NCBI GenBank assembly: GCA_002269645.1
Contig: NIVC01000427.1
Span: 17,590 to 81,589 of the forward strand
Reading direction: 5' to 3'
Length of the DNA: 64,000 nucleotides
Source: Macrostomum lignano
Lineage: Eukaryota
A model generated the notes under the pieces. That model worked only from the letters and a program-made list of their open reading frames with translations, had not been told where the DNA came from and did no database searches. Both the position numbers and the translations under genes were made by a program. This document shows, piece after piece, positions 48,057 to 60,127 of this stretch. The stretch's first letter is position 1. Every line of letters begins with the position of its first letter.

Positions 48057-49356
48057 CGAGGGGAAGTAAAAAAGTAATGATAATTTTGCTGTCACGCCTA
48101 AAATATCAGAGTTATTGAACTGCAACTGGTTTCATTTGAAAAAACATCTTTTGATCTTTATTTGACAGAGTTTTAGTTCTTCTAAAGTGATTGATGCCTG
48201 CATGGTGACACTCTAATCACAGTATACCCTTTCAGCAATGGAAAATTCAAAAATTGAAGCTCGTACTAATGTGACATTTCTTGTATAGCTTGGTTGGAAG
48301 CCAGCCGAAATCATTGACGCTTTGAAGAAGGTCTATGGGGACACTGCTCCACCAGATCCAACCATTTATTGCTGGATTCAGGCTTTTAAGGAAGGCCGAG
48401 AGTCCACGGAAGACGCCCAGCGGTCGGGGAGGCCCACAACATCGCGCACAGGGGAAAATGTGGCAGCTGTGCAGCCAGTGATTGAGCTGGATCGGCGCGT
48501 GACCATAGACAATATTGCTGACAAAGTTGGCATTGCTCATGGCAGTGCTCACTTCATTGTGACGGACTGTCTTGGTCTGAGCAAGCTGAGTGCCCGCTGG
48601 GTCCCGAGGCTGTTGCGGCCTGAACACTGGGTTCAGCACACTGAGTGTGCCATCAACCTGCTGAACCGCTTGGACGCTGGTTCAGAAAACAGTTACCAGC
48701 GCTTAGTGACCGAGGATGAAACATGGATATTTCAGTACAATCCCGAGTCCAAGGTCCAATCCAAAGAGTGGCTGCCACGAGGTTCAGCAGGCCCCAAGAA
48801 GTTCCATGCGGAACAGTCTGCAGCGAAGGTCTTGGCGACGATTCTCTGGGATGTTGAGGGAGTGGTGATGGTGGACTTCTTGGAAAGCCAGAAGACCATC
48901 AATGCCACCTATTATACGTCGCTTCTGCGAAAGCTCCGAACCGAACTGGCCAAAAAGCAACCTGGCAAGCTGCACCTTGGGATTCTCTTTCACCACGACA
49001 ATGCACCAGCCCACACTTCTCGGCTCTGCCATGAAGCCCTGCAAGATTTCCGCTGGGAAATCCTCCAACATCCTCCATATTGCCCTGGTTTGGCTCCTTC
49101 GGACTTTTTTTGCTTCCCAAGCTGAAGGAAGCAATCAAAAGGAGACCAAAATGAGGACAAAGAGGCTGCCAAAAAGGCTACTGTACAGTGGCTTGTTGCA
49201 CAGCCTCCTGAGTTCTATGTGAACGGCCTGGAGAGATGGCGACACTGCATGGAGAAGCGTCTGACCCTGGAGGGGGACTATGTAGAAAAGTAGATTTCCA
49301 TTTGAAGTGTGACACTCGTGACAACAAAATTATTATTACTTTTTGACTTCCCCTCG
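48057..49356 (+). mobile_element. Full-length mariner (irritans/Hsmar2-like), 1300 bp
   Basis: 40-bp TIRs CGAGGGGAAGT(A/C)AAAAAGTAAT(G/A)ATAATTTTG(C/T)TGTCACG (37/40 match); TA flanks. Confidence 0.93.
48238..49293 (+). pseudogene. Defective mariner transposase
   Basis: WVPRLL, EDETW and HDNAPAH-x34-D motifs. Premature TAG at 48286-48288, frameshift near 49110, YSPDL decayed to YCPGL; ends EGDYVEK*. Confidence 0.9.
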
Positions 49357-49952
49357 TAGACATTAGCGGACGTGCATCCAACATTTCTACGCGTGTAATA
49401 CACTTCAAATATATTATCAAGTGGTCTACCTCAGGACACAAGCTCTTAAAATACATTAGCAAAAGTTCAAAAGCACATTTAAATTCGTTCATGGATAATA
49501 AAATGTCCAGTGAATTAATTAAATGACAAAATCATACTGTGTATGCACTAAATACTAACACTATAAAAGCTTAATGTGATCGATAGTATATATATCAAAG
49601 ATCAACTAGATTAAACATCCAGTAGCGGTTTAAGATACTCGAACTGTGTTAGAGAAAAATATGTTATATTAGTATTTTAAAACTTATAATTTTCGGTTAG
49701 GAAGTAAATTCTAATAGTAAAATTAACTATAAGCGGTGCGCTTTATCATCATTGTATATTATTTGTTTTAGTAGTATAAAATTAATTCAAATATTAAATT
49801 TTGCTTAGTAAGTTAAAGCTATAGGAAAGAATTCGTTGTACACACATCGTCGAACACCAACCAATCCATATACTAAATTCAATTCTATTGTTGCTTAGCA
49901 CTTAATCGCCATTCTTATTACATTGCGTAATAAAAGAACAGTTATATAAATC

Positions 49953-50015
49953 ATGACACTTACTTCTGCAGCTGGGGTGTTGGCTTTATTGGAGGAGGAC
50001 GATTCAGACCTTAAG
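49953..50015 (+). CDS. PSMD1: PSMD1/Rpn2 (26S proteasome regulatory subunit), first coding exon only
   Basis: MTLTSAAGVLALLEEDDSDLK|GTAAGG resembles the human N-terminus [20 protein letters not shown]. No downstream exon found in the window. Confidence 0.78.
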
Positions 50016-51654
50016 GTAAGGTTACGAATGCAATTAATGAAAATATTTTCTATTTTATTGTTACTGTCAATGTATATATTTATAACATAATTACGTGGCC
50101 ATAAGTCACCTGTCTAAGGAATAATATATATATTTGAAAGATTAAGATATTATTTTAGTGGTAAGTCATTTAATGCTCAAAATAGACCCACCTAGCCTAG
50201 TGTAGTTTTTATGTTCAACTAAATAATATATCATTAAAAAAGAAAATTAAGTGCAATATTGATATTTATAGGGCCTAATTCTTTCTAGTATAGTTATTTA
50301 GATTATAATTATGTATGTGGCAAAATCAAAAAATTGGGGGCAAGTTTTATGAAAATTTGTTTTTGTCAATTTGAAAACAATAAAGCTATAAAATAAATTT
50401 ATTTAGAGTTTAAAAAAGTTAGAAACATCTATAAAAGCACAAATTATTCATATATAGCCTTTTTATAAAATGATTTGTTAAATAGGGTAAGATCTCATCA
50501 ACCGAACATGAAAGTGTCATTTTTCGACATTCTCTCATAGATAGCAAAAAAAGTTTAATGTGTAATAAAATGAAACTACTCCGAAGTTGTTTAAAACATT
50601 TTTTTCTTTCAAATGAATGTTCGCTTTACTTTATTGCACAAGTAGAAAAAAAGTTATTGATGATTTTATCTCAAAACCGAACGATGATTCTAGGGTATCT
50701 TCAAACCGAACAGGGTATCTGACGTTCGGTTTTTGTGTTTGAACACTAATAACTTTTTTATTTCTCGTTCGTTTTTTCTAAAATATATATCATTGTAAAG
50801 ATTAATTCATACTCTTTCTAAAAAGTATAACTTTCGCTTAGATAAATGTAGAAAAATATTGTTTATCTGCATTTGAATAGAGTACCCCCCATTGAATAGA
50901 AAAATCGTGAATTTTTACCTTTTTGCCATTTCTTTAAACTCTTTCATGCTAAATTGATAAAAAGCCATATTTTTCTACTTATTTTAGACAGTCAAATCGG
51001 AAAAGCATTAAAGAATTTTTAAAAAACACAAGTTCTTTAAAGCAGAGCTGATACTTTGCCCATTTCGGAGTTCTTCTGAAGGACCTACTAATGTTTCAGC
51101 TTTCAACATAAGCATTTATTTTGGCATTATTACCTTGTTTTTGAAAGAAAAAAGTACCTCTAGTATACTTTTAACCTTTTTTTATCATATAGTTAATATT
51201 TTTCAAAACTTAAGGAAGAAGAATAAAGTAAAAGTAAAAAATTGTAAAAAAACGATTTTTTTGCAAACAAGTTCTTGTAATTTTATATTTTATTTTTTCT
51301 CATCATACTCGTAAATTTTTACTTCAAGTAGTCGCATGCAAGATGTGAAGAAAAAATGCTGTGGATTCTTAAAATTTTCCAGAAAACCATCACCTCGTTC
51401 TCAGACTGCAATCACTGCAACAAGGTGGACCACCAAAACCATAGGCTCATTGGCTTCATCTGTTTACCCCAGCCTTGTATACATGTAGATTTTTTGCAAA
51501 GACAAGAAAGAAAAAGCTCGCAATAAATATTCAAAATCTACTTATCTACGCTCGTATATATAAAGTAAAAATTATACATGTATACGTACATGCAGATAGC
51601 CATCTGATAATAAACAGCATGAAGTCGACAGACAGGTGGCTGATAGAGAATATA

Positions 51655-53958
51655 TAGGCAGGCCGTTGATAAAGACATAGATGGGCGGCTGATAGAGATA
51701 GAGATAGAGCTGATAGAGATAAGAAAGCTGATAAAGAGGAGAAAGGCAGGCGACTGATAGAGACGAGACAGAAAGGCGGCTGATAGAGAGGAGACAGACA
51801 GGCGACTGATAGAGACGAGACAGAAAGGCGGCTGATAGAGAGGAGACAGACAGGCCGCTGATAGAGAGGAGACAGACAGGCCGCTGATAGAGAGGAGACA
51901 GACAGGCGACTGATAGAGACGAGACAGAAAGGCGGCTGATAGAGAGGAGACAGACAGGCGACTGATAGAGACGAGACAGAAAGGCGGCTGATAGAGAGGA
52001 GACAGACAGGCCGCTGATAGAGAGGAGACAGACAGGCCGCTGATAGAGAGGAGACAGACAGGCCGCTGATAGAGAGGAGACAGACAGGCCGCTGATAGAG
52101 AGGAGACAGACAGGCCGCTGATAGAGAGGAGACAGACAGGCGACTGATAGAGACGAGACAGAAAGGCGGCTGATAGAGAGGAGACAGACAGGCGACTGAT
52201 AGAGACGAGACAGAAAGGCGGCTGATAGAGAGGAGATAGACAGGCCGCTGATAGAGAGGAGACAGACAGGCCGCTGATAGAGAGGAGACAGACAGGCCGC
52301 TGATAGAGAGGAGACAGACAGGCCGCTGATAGAGAGGAGATAGACAGGCCGCTGATAGAGAGGAGACAGACAGGCAGCTGATAGAGAGGAGACAGACAGG
52401 CATGGTTGATGGAGAGGAGACAGACAGGCCGCTGATAGAGAGGAGGCATGGTTGATGGAGAGGAGACAGACAGGCCGCTGATAGAGAGGAGACAGACAGG
52501 CATGGTTGATGGAGAGGAGATAGACAGGCAGCTGATAGAGAGGAGATAGACAGGCAGCTGATAGAGAGGAGATAGACAGGCCGCTGATAGAGAGGAGACA
52601 GACAGGCAGCTGATAGAGAGGAGATAGACAGGCAGCTGATAGAGAGGAGACAGGCAGGCGGCTGATAGAGAGGAGACGGGCGGGTGATAGAGAGGAGACG
52701 GGCGGCTGATAGAGAGGAGACGGGCGGCTGATAGAGAGGAGACGGGTGGCTGATAGAGGGGAGACGGGCGGCTGATAGAGTGGAGATAGACAGAAAGCTG
52801 ATAAAGAGGAGACAGGCAGGCGGCTGATAGAGAGGAGACAAGCCGCTGATAGAGAGGAGATAGACAAGCGGCTGATAGAGAGGAGACGGGCGGCTGATAG
52901 AGAGGAGACAGACAGGCCGCTGATAGAGAGGAGATAGACAGGCCGCTGATAGAGAGGAGATAGACAGGCAGCTGATAGAGAGGAGATAGACAGGCAGCTG
53001 ATAGAGAGGAGATAGACAGGCATGGTTGATGGAGAGGAGACAGACAGGCCGCTGATAGAGAGGAGACAGACAGGCATGGTTGATGGAGAGGAGATAGACA
53101 GGCAGCTGATAGAGAGGAGATAGACAGGCAGCTGATAGAGAGGAGATAGACAGGCAGCTGATAGAGAGGAGATAGACAGGCAGCTGATAGAGAGGAGACA
53201 GACAGGCAGCTGATAGAGAGGAGATAGACAGGCAGCTGATAGAGAGGAGATAGACAGGCAGCTGATAGAGAGGAGATAGACAGGCAGCTGATAGAGAGGA
53301 GACAGGCAGGCGGCTGATAGAGAGGAGACGGGCGGGTGATAGAGAGGAGACGGGCGGCTGATAGAGAGGAGACGGGCGGCTGATAGAGAGGAGACGGGTG
53401 GCTGATAGAGGGGAGACGGGCGGCTGATAGAGTGGAGATAGACAGAAAGCTGATAAAGAGGAGACAGGCAGGCGGCTGATAGAGAGGAGACAAGCCGCTG
53501 ATAGAGAGGAGATAGACAAGCGGCTGATAGAGAGGAGACGGGCGGCTGATAGAGAGGAGACAGAAAGCTGATAGAGAGGAGACAGACAGGCCGCTGATAG
53601 AGAGGAGATAGACAAGCGGCTGATAGAGAGGAGACGGGCGGCTGATAGAGAGGAGACGGGCGGCTGATAGAGAGGAGACAGACAGGCAGCTTATAGAGAG
53701 GAGATAGACAAGCGGCTGATAGAGAGGAGACGGGCGGCTGATAGAGAGGAGACGGGCGGCTGATAGAGAGGAGACAGGCAGCTTATAGAGAGGAGATAGA
53801 CAAGCGGCTGATAGAGAGGAGACGGGCGGCTGATAGAGAGGAGACAGGCAGCTGATAGAGAGGAGACGGGCGGCTGATAGAGAGGAGACGGGCGGCTGAT
53901 AGAGAGGAGACGGGCGGCTGATAGAGAGTAGACGGGCGGCTGATGGAGAGATAGAGAG
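51655..53958. repeat. 22-26-bp minisatellite (GATAGAGAGGAGACAGACAGGCAGCT family)
   Basis: About 90 variant copies; internal ~650-bp block duplication (52650 vs 53300 regions). Explains the 500-800-aa low-complexity ORFs. Confidence 0.97.
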
Positions 53959-54504
53959 GCCGTTAACGTAGACTATGAATACAAAGTCAATAATTAGAAG
54001 CAAAATTTTTAAGCGTTTCGCGAAGGCAGCAGTAATCCGGATGTCCGATCTCGAAACGATGTTGCAGATGTCAGTTGATATTGATGAGCCTTGAAAATCA
54101 AATGTCTAACGTAGCTAGGGCCAATTGGTTTTTAACCTGATTCAAATATTTTAAACGCATGAATGGACGTTGGAAAGTTGATTGGTGCCGCAGGAAAGCA
54201 AACAGAAACAGCCAATCCTCATGACTGCGCAAGGAATTCGGCTAACCAATGACAGCACGAGGAAAACTGGTCATGTCTGCGTAGGCCAAATTTTCTCCTC
54301 GTCGTTCAGTTTTTGAAATCTGGATGCAAGAACTTTAGATGGGAATTATCCATCTCTCACTCTGGCCACATCTATATGTAGCGCTTTTTTATTTACAGTT
54401 GGAATCCCAAATTCTGGATCAGCCAAAGGATTTTTTATGCTTAAATCTGCTGACACTGGGACTAGAATAAGCCAGCGGATCCTTTCTCCCTATCCACTCC
54501 TTTT

Positions 54505-55510
54505 CCATCCGCCCCTTCCTCTGCATCCGCCCTTCCTCTGCATCTGCCCTTCCTCTGCATCCGCCCTTCCTCTGCATCTGCCCTTCCTCTGCATCCGCCC
54601 CTTCCTCTACACCCGCCCTTCCTCTGCATCTGCCCTTCCTCTGATTCCATCCCTTCCTCTGCATCTGCCCTTCCTCTGCATGCATCCCTTCCTCTGCATC
54701 CGCCCTTCCTCTGCATGCATCCCTTCCTCTGCATCTGCCCCTTCCTCTACACCCGCCCTTCCTCTGCATCCGCCCTTCCTCTGCATCCGCCCTTCCTCTG
54801 CATCCGCCCCTTCCTCTGCATCCGCCCTTCCTCTGCATCTGCCCCTTCCTCTACACCCGCCCTTCCTCTGCATCCGCCCTTCCTCTGCATCCGCCCTTCC
54901 TCTGCATCCGCCCCTTCCTCTGCATCCGCCCCTTCCTCTGCATCCGCCCCTTCCTCTGCATCCGCCCTTCCTCTGATTCCATCCCTTCCTCTGATTCCAT
55001 CCCTTCCTCTGCATCCGCCCCTTCCTCTGCATCCGCCCTTCCTCTGATTCCATCCCTTCCTCTGATTCCATCCCTTCCTCTTCATCCATCCCTTCCTCTG
55101 CATCCGCCCCTTCCTCTGCATCCGCCCTTCCTCTGCATCCGCCCCTTCCTCTGCATCCGCCCTTCCTCTGCATCCGCCCTTCCTCTGCATCCGCCCCTTC
55201 CTCTGCATCCGCCCCTTCCTCTGCATCCGCCCTTCCTCTGCATCTGCCCCTTCCTCTACACCCGCCCTTCCTCTGCATCCGCCCTTCCTCTGCATCCGCC
55301 CCTTCCTCTGCATCCGCCCTTCCTCTGCATCTGCCCCTTCCTCTACACCCGCCCTTCCTCTGCATCCGCCCTTCCTCTGCATCCGCCCCTTCCTCTGCAT
55401 CTGCCCTTCCTCTGATTCCATCCCTTCCTCTTCATCCATCCCTTCCTCTGCATCTGCCCCTTCCTCTGCATCCGCCCTTCCTCTGCATCCGCCTCTTCCT
55501 CTCCATCTGC
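54505..55510. repeat. 17/18-bp minisatellite (CCCTTCCTCTGCATCCG)
   Basis: About 57 copies. Confidence 0.97.
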
Positions 55511-56290
55511 TTTTTTCTTTCCATCTGCTCCTTCTAAAAATAAATATCAAAATTGAGCAACAGGAGTATGAACGGGATGCTGCATGCAAAGCATGGATTT
55601 ATCTCTCTCGCTTCATTGCGGTCGCTATTTAGGCCATATCATTTATTTACTTCGTGGAAAGGGCGTGAAGTTATGACATAATGCTTCTGGCGCTTCGTTA
55701 GGCCCATCATGTCTAAAATGTGCGCGAATTGGTTCCAGGCTCACCACGAAGTGCGAAAACAAACCGAATTTTGCAAAACAGTCGATAGTCAGAGATAAGG
55801 ATAGGTGGATCATGCCGCCTATTGCCTCAGAAAAGGCCCAGGGTCTGGGATTCTAGACAATAGACCAATACTTGACTATTGGGTGCGAAAAATCGTGCTT
55901 AGAATTTGAGCCTAATCCTACGGACTTAAAATGTGCGAATTTAAATTCGGTTCCCAGTAAAAATGAATTAATAGACACAGCCCTTATCGCAAACCGTCTG
56001 TCACCCAATTTTTCGCACCTACGAGTAAAAAGTAACTCGAAAATCGGCTCAATTCGCACAAGTTGTCTATGTTTTGGCACGGGTGTGAAGATGGAATTGC
56101 CCAAGGCAGCTTCGGCTGCACTCATCAATTCGTAAAAAGACTGAAAGATTTCATACTTTTTGTTTGCGTAAAAGTTTGCCTACTTTTTGTGGGGCCCTCT
56201 TAGGTAAGATTTTAGATAAGCTAAGGTCAAAGTGATTAGATTGGACCCAAAAGCACCTTTGAGTATATAAAAGCTATAGCTAGCTAGTCT

Positions 56291-59085
56291 CTTCATCAAA
56301 CCGGCTGATTCCTTCTCTAACTGTCTCTGTGTATCCCAGCACCTGAGTCTATCATGAATTCAGAATGAGCTGAGTTTGGCCTAGCTCAGCATTTTCACTC
56401 AAACACACAGAGGACTTGAGAGCCGCTATAATCTTCATCAAACCGGCTGATTCCTTCTCTAACTGTCTCTGTGTATCCCAGCACCTGAGTCTATCATGAA
56501 TTCAGAATGAGCTGAGTTTGGCCTAGCTCAGCATTTTCACTCAAACACAGAGAGGACTTGAGAGCCGCTATAATCTTCATCAAACCGGCTGATTCCTTCT
56601 CTAACTGTCTCTGTGTATCCCAGCACCTGAGTCTATCATGAATTCAGAATGAGCTGAGTTTGGCCTAGCTCAGCATTTTCACTCAAACACAGAGAGGACT
56701 TGAGAGCCGCTATAATCTTCATCAAACCGGCTGATTCCTTCTCTAACTGTCTCTGTGTATCCCAGCACCTGAGTCTATCATGAATTCAGAATGAGCTGAG
56801 TTTGGCCTAGCTCAGCATTTTCACTCAAACACAGAGAGGACTTGAGAGCCGCTATAATCTTCATCAAACCGGCTGATTCCTTCTCTAACTGTCTCTGTGT
56901 ATCCAGCACCTGAGTCTATCATGAATTCAGAATGAGCTGAGTTTGGCCTAGCTCAGCATTTTCACTCAAACACAGAGAGGACTTGAGAGCCGCTATAATC
57001 TTCATCAAACCGGCTGATTCCTTCTCTAACTGTCTCTGTGTATCCCAGCACCTGAGTCTATCATGAATTCAGAATGAGCTGAGTTTGGCCTAGCTCAGCA
57101 TTTTCACTCAAACACAGAGAGGACTTGAGAGCCGCTATAATCTTCATCAAACCGGCTGATTCCTTCTCTAACTGTCTCTGTGTATCCCAGCACCTGAGTC
57201 TATCATGAATTCAGAATGAGCTGAGTTTGGCCTAGCTCAGCATTTTCACTCAAACACAGAGAGGACTTGAGAGCCGCTATAATCTTCATCAAACCGGCTG
57301 ATTCCTTCTCTAACTGTCTCTGTGTATCCCAGCACCTGAGTCTATCATGAATTCAGAATGAGCTGAGTTTGGCCTAGCTCAGCATTTTCACTCAAACACA
57401 GAGAGGACTTGAGAGCCGCTATAATCTTCATCAAACCGGCTGATTCCTTCTCTAACTGTCTCTGTGTATCCCAGCACCTGAGTCTATCATGAATTCAGAA
57501 TGAGCTGAGTTTGGCCTAGCTCAGCATTTTCACTCAAACACAGAGAGGACTTGAGAGCCGCTATAATCTTCATCAAACCGGCTGATTCCTTCTCTAACTG
57601 TCTCTGTGTATCCCAGCACCTGAGTCTATCATGAATTCAGAATGAGCTGAGTTTGGCCTAGCTCAGCATTTTCACTCAAACACAGAGGACTTGAGAGCCG
57701 CTATAATCTTCATCAAACCGGCTGATTCCTTCTCTAACTGTCTCTGTGTATCCCAGCACCTGAGTCTATCATGAATTCAGAATGAGCTGAGTTTGGCCTA
57801 GCTCAGCATTTTCACTCAAACACAGAGAGGACTTGAGAGCCGCTATAATCTTCATCAAACCGGCTGATTCCTTCTCTAACTGTCTCTGTGTATCCCAGCA
57901 CCTGAGTCTATCATGAATTCAGAATGAGCTGAGTTTGGCCTAGCTCAGCATTTTCACTCAAACACAGAGAGGACTTGAGAGCCGCTATAATCTTCATCAA
58001 ACCGGCTGATTCCTTCTCTAACTGTCTCTGTGTATCCCAGCACCTGAGTCTATCATGAATTCAGAATGAGCTGAGTTTGGCCTAGCTCAGCATTTTCACT
58101 CAAACACAGAGAGGACTTGAGAGCCGCTATAATCTTCATCAAACCGGCTGATTCCTTCTCTAACTGTCTCTGTGTATCCCAGCACCTGAGTCTATCATGA
58201 ATTCAGAATGAGCTGAGTTTGGCCTAGCTCAGCATTTTCACTCAAACACAGAGGACTTGAGAGCCGCTATAATCTTCATCAAACCGGCTGATTCCTTCTC
58301 TAACTGTCTCTGTGTATCCCAGCACCTGAGTCTATCATGAATTCAGAATGAGCTGAGTTTGGCCTAGCTCAGCATTTTCACTCAAACACAGAGAGGACTT
58401 GAGAGCCGCTATAATCTTCATCAAACCGGCTGATTCCTTCTCTAACTGTCTCTGTGTATCCCAGCACCTGAGTCTATCATGAATTCAGAATGAGCTGAGT
58501 TTGGCCTAGCTCAGCATTTTCACTCAAACACAGAGAGGACTTGAGAGCCGCTATAATCTTCATCAAACCGGCTGATTCCTTCTCTAACTGTCTCTGTGTA
58601 TCCAGCACCTGAGTCTATCATGAATTCAGAATGAGCTGAGTTTGGCCTAGCTCAGCATTTTCACTCAAACACAGAGAGGACTTGAGAGCCGCTATAATCT
58701 TCATCAAACCGGCTGATTCCTTCTCTAACTGTCTCTGTGTATCCCAGCACCTGAGTCTATCATGAATTCAGAATGAGCTGAGTTTGGCCTAGCTCAGCAT
58801 TTTCACTCAAACACAGAGAGGACTTGAGAGCCGCTATAATCTTCATCAAACCGGCTGATTCCTTCTCTAACTGTCTCTGTGTATCCCAGCACCTGAGTCT
58901 ATCATGAATTCAGAATGAGCTGAGTTTGGCCTAGCTCAGCATTTTCACTCAAACACAGAGGACTTGAGAGCCGCTATAATCTTCATCAAACCGGCTGATT
59001 CCTTCTCTAACTGTCTCTGTGTATCCCAGCACCTGAGTCTATCATGAATTCAGAATGAGCTGAGTTTGGCCTAGCTCAGCATTTT
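56291..59085. repeat. 142-bp tandem array, ~19.7 near-identical copies
   Basis: Unit starts at 56291, 56433, 56575 and so on; the only variation seen is occasional 1-2-nt indels (ACACAGAGAG/ACACAGAG, ATCCCAG/ATCCAG). Confidence 0.98.
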
Positions 59086-59407
59086 AACTTTAAAATACAG
59101 AAACCATTTCGCTCTTTCGCTCTTTCGCGTAATTGACCAGAACAACCAATTAGGGCTAATTACGGTAGTTAGTAATTGATAGCCATAAATCTAGGATGAG
59201 TTCTCGGAGAAAATTAGGAGTTTAGGTACAAATTAGAGTTTATTAAGTTATGTAGATATGTATCTTCAATTACTAATCTTTAAACAAGGTGTTTTAGGCC
59301 TATACGAGTACTATAGGCCTACGTTTTGCTTTAGGCCCTAGTGACTGAAATTTCCGATAGGCCAAATGTATATTTTCTTTCGATATGCCATTAATGTTGG
59401 TTCTATT

Positions 59408-59682
59408 TAGTGGCGGTGCAGCCTTGGCGGTGCGCAGTGGCGGCGATGCTGATTAAGGTAAATTCTGTGGATTAAGGGGGAGGGGCGGTGGTTGGGTTTT
59501 CAAACCCCTCCCTCAGCGAATTTTTAAAATTAGAGTATACGCTATAATCTCACAAAAACGCATACAACGAGCGCTAAAAAACTAATGGTGGGTCACCCCA
59601 CGGAAGGATGGTAGGGTGGTCTTAGGAGGGTGGTCACCCGGGGCAGCAGCCCTCTCTGCCCCCCAACTTGGCGCCGCCACTG
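59408..59682. mobile_element. hAT-like MITE
   Basis: TIR TAGTGGCGG / CCGCCACTG; TSD GTTCTATT / GTTGTATT (7/8 match). Confidence 0.65.
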
Positions 59683-60127
59683 GTTGTATTGATGAGGCCT
59701 AGGCCGACGTACGCGCAATGGTCCTAGTTCTGCGCAAAAATAAGGATATGGAGCCTGGCTGTGGCATGTGAATGTGAGAATTCGCGTTAGTCATCCAAGA
59801 GTAAAAATTCGCGGTCTGGTTCCTATTGGCTGGTTTGAAATCCCACAGCTCAAGTAGGCTGACTCTTACATTGGTAGGCCTAGTATTTCCTCACTACAGG
59901 CCAGCTTTAAAACTAGGCATAGGCTAGCTCTAAGAAGGCTAGGCCCTGAGTATTTATCCAAGTCTTGTTATCATTTAGGCCATTTTGGAAATATATCTAG
60001 CTGTAGTAAAGCTCTTGAGTAACGCCTATCAATTGACAACCAGCTTTTAAGGTAAAGTACATTAAACTTTTACAATAATATCAAACCTATTTTCCATTCA
60101 ATTTTCAAAAAACAGGCTTACAGGGAG

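Noticed and set aside
50470-51330. AT-rich DNA-transposon-like segment in the PSMD1 intron (repeated AACCGAAC motifs)
   Set aside because: No matching second terminus or TSD could be found.
51538-54003. 500-820-aa ORFs, and similar ORFs at 6975, 12152, 31134, 39917, 43667, 54607 and 60637-62824
   Set aside because: These are translations of tandem repeats, open in several frames or strands at once, with no domain content or splice support.
56291-59085. CRISPR-like array
   Set aside because: The spacers are identical rather than unique, the context is eukaryotic, and there are no cas genes.
56291-59085. Hammerhead ribozyme on the minus strand (UUGAUGA...GAAA...AUUC)
   Set aside because: The core reads UUGAUGA rather than CUGANGA, and stem I cannot pair. 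Stem III alone is plausible but insufficient.
59778-59804. PSMD1 exon 2 (GAA TTC GCG TTA = EFAL)
   Set aside because: There is no AG acceptor in the right phase, and an in-frame stop follows after four more codons.
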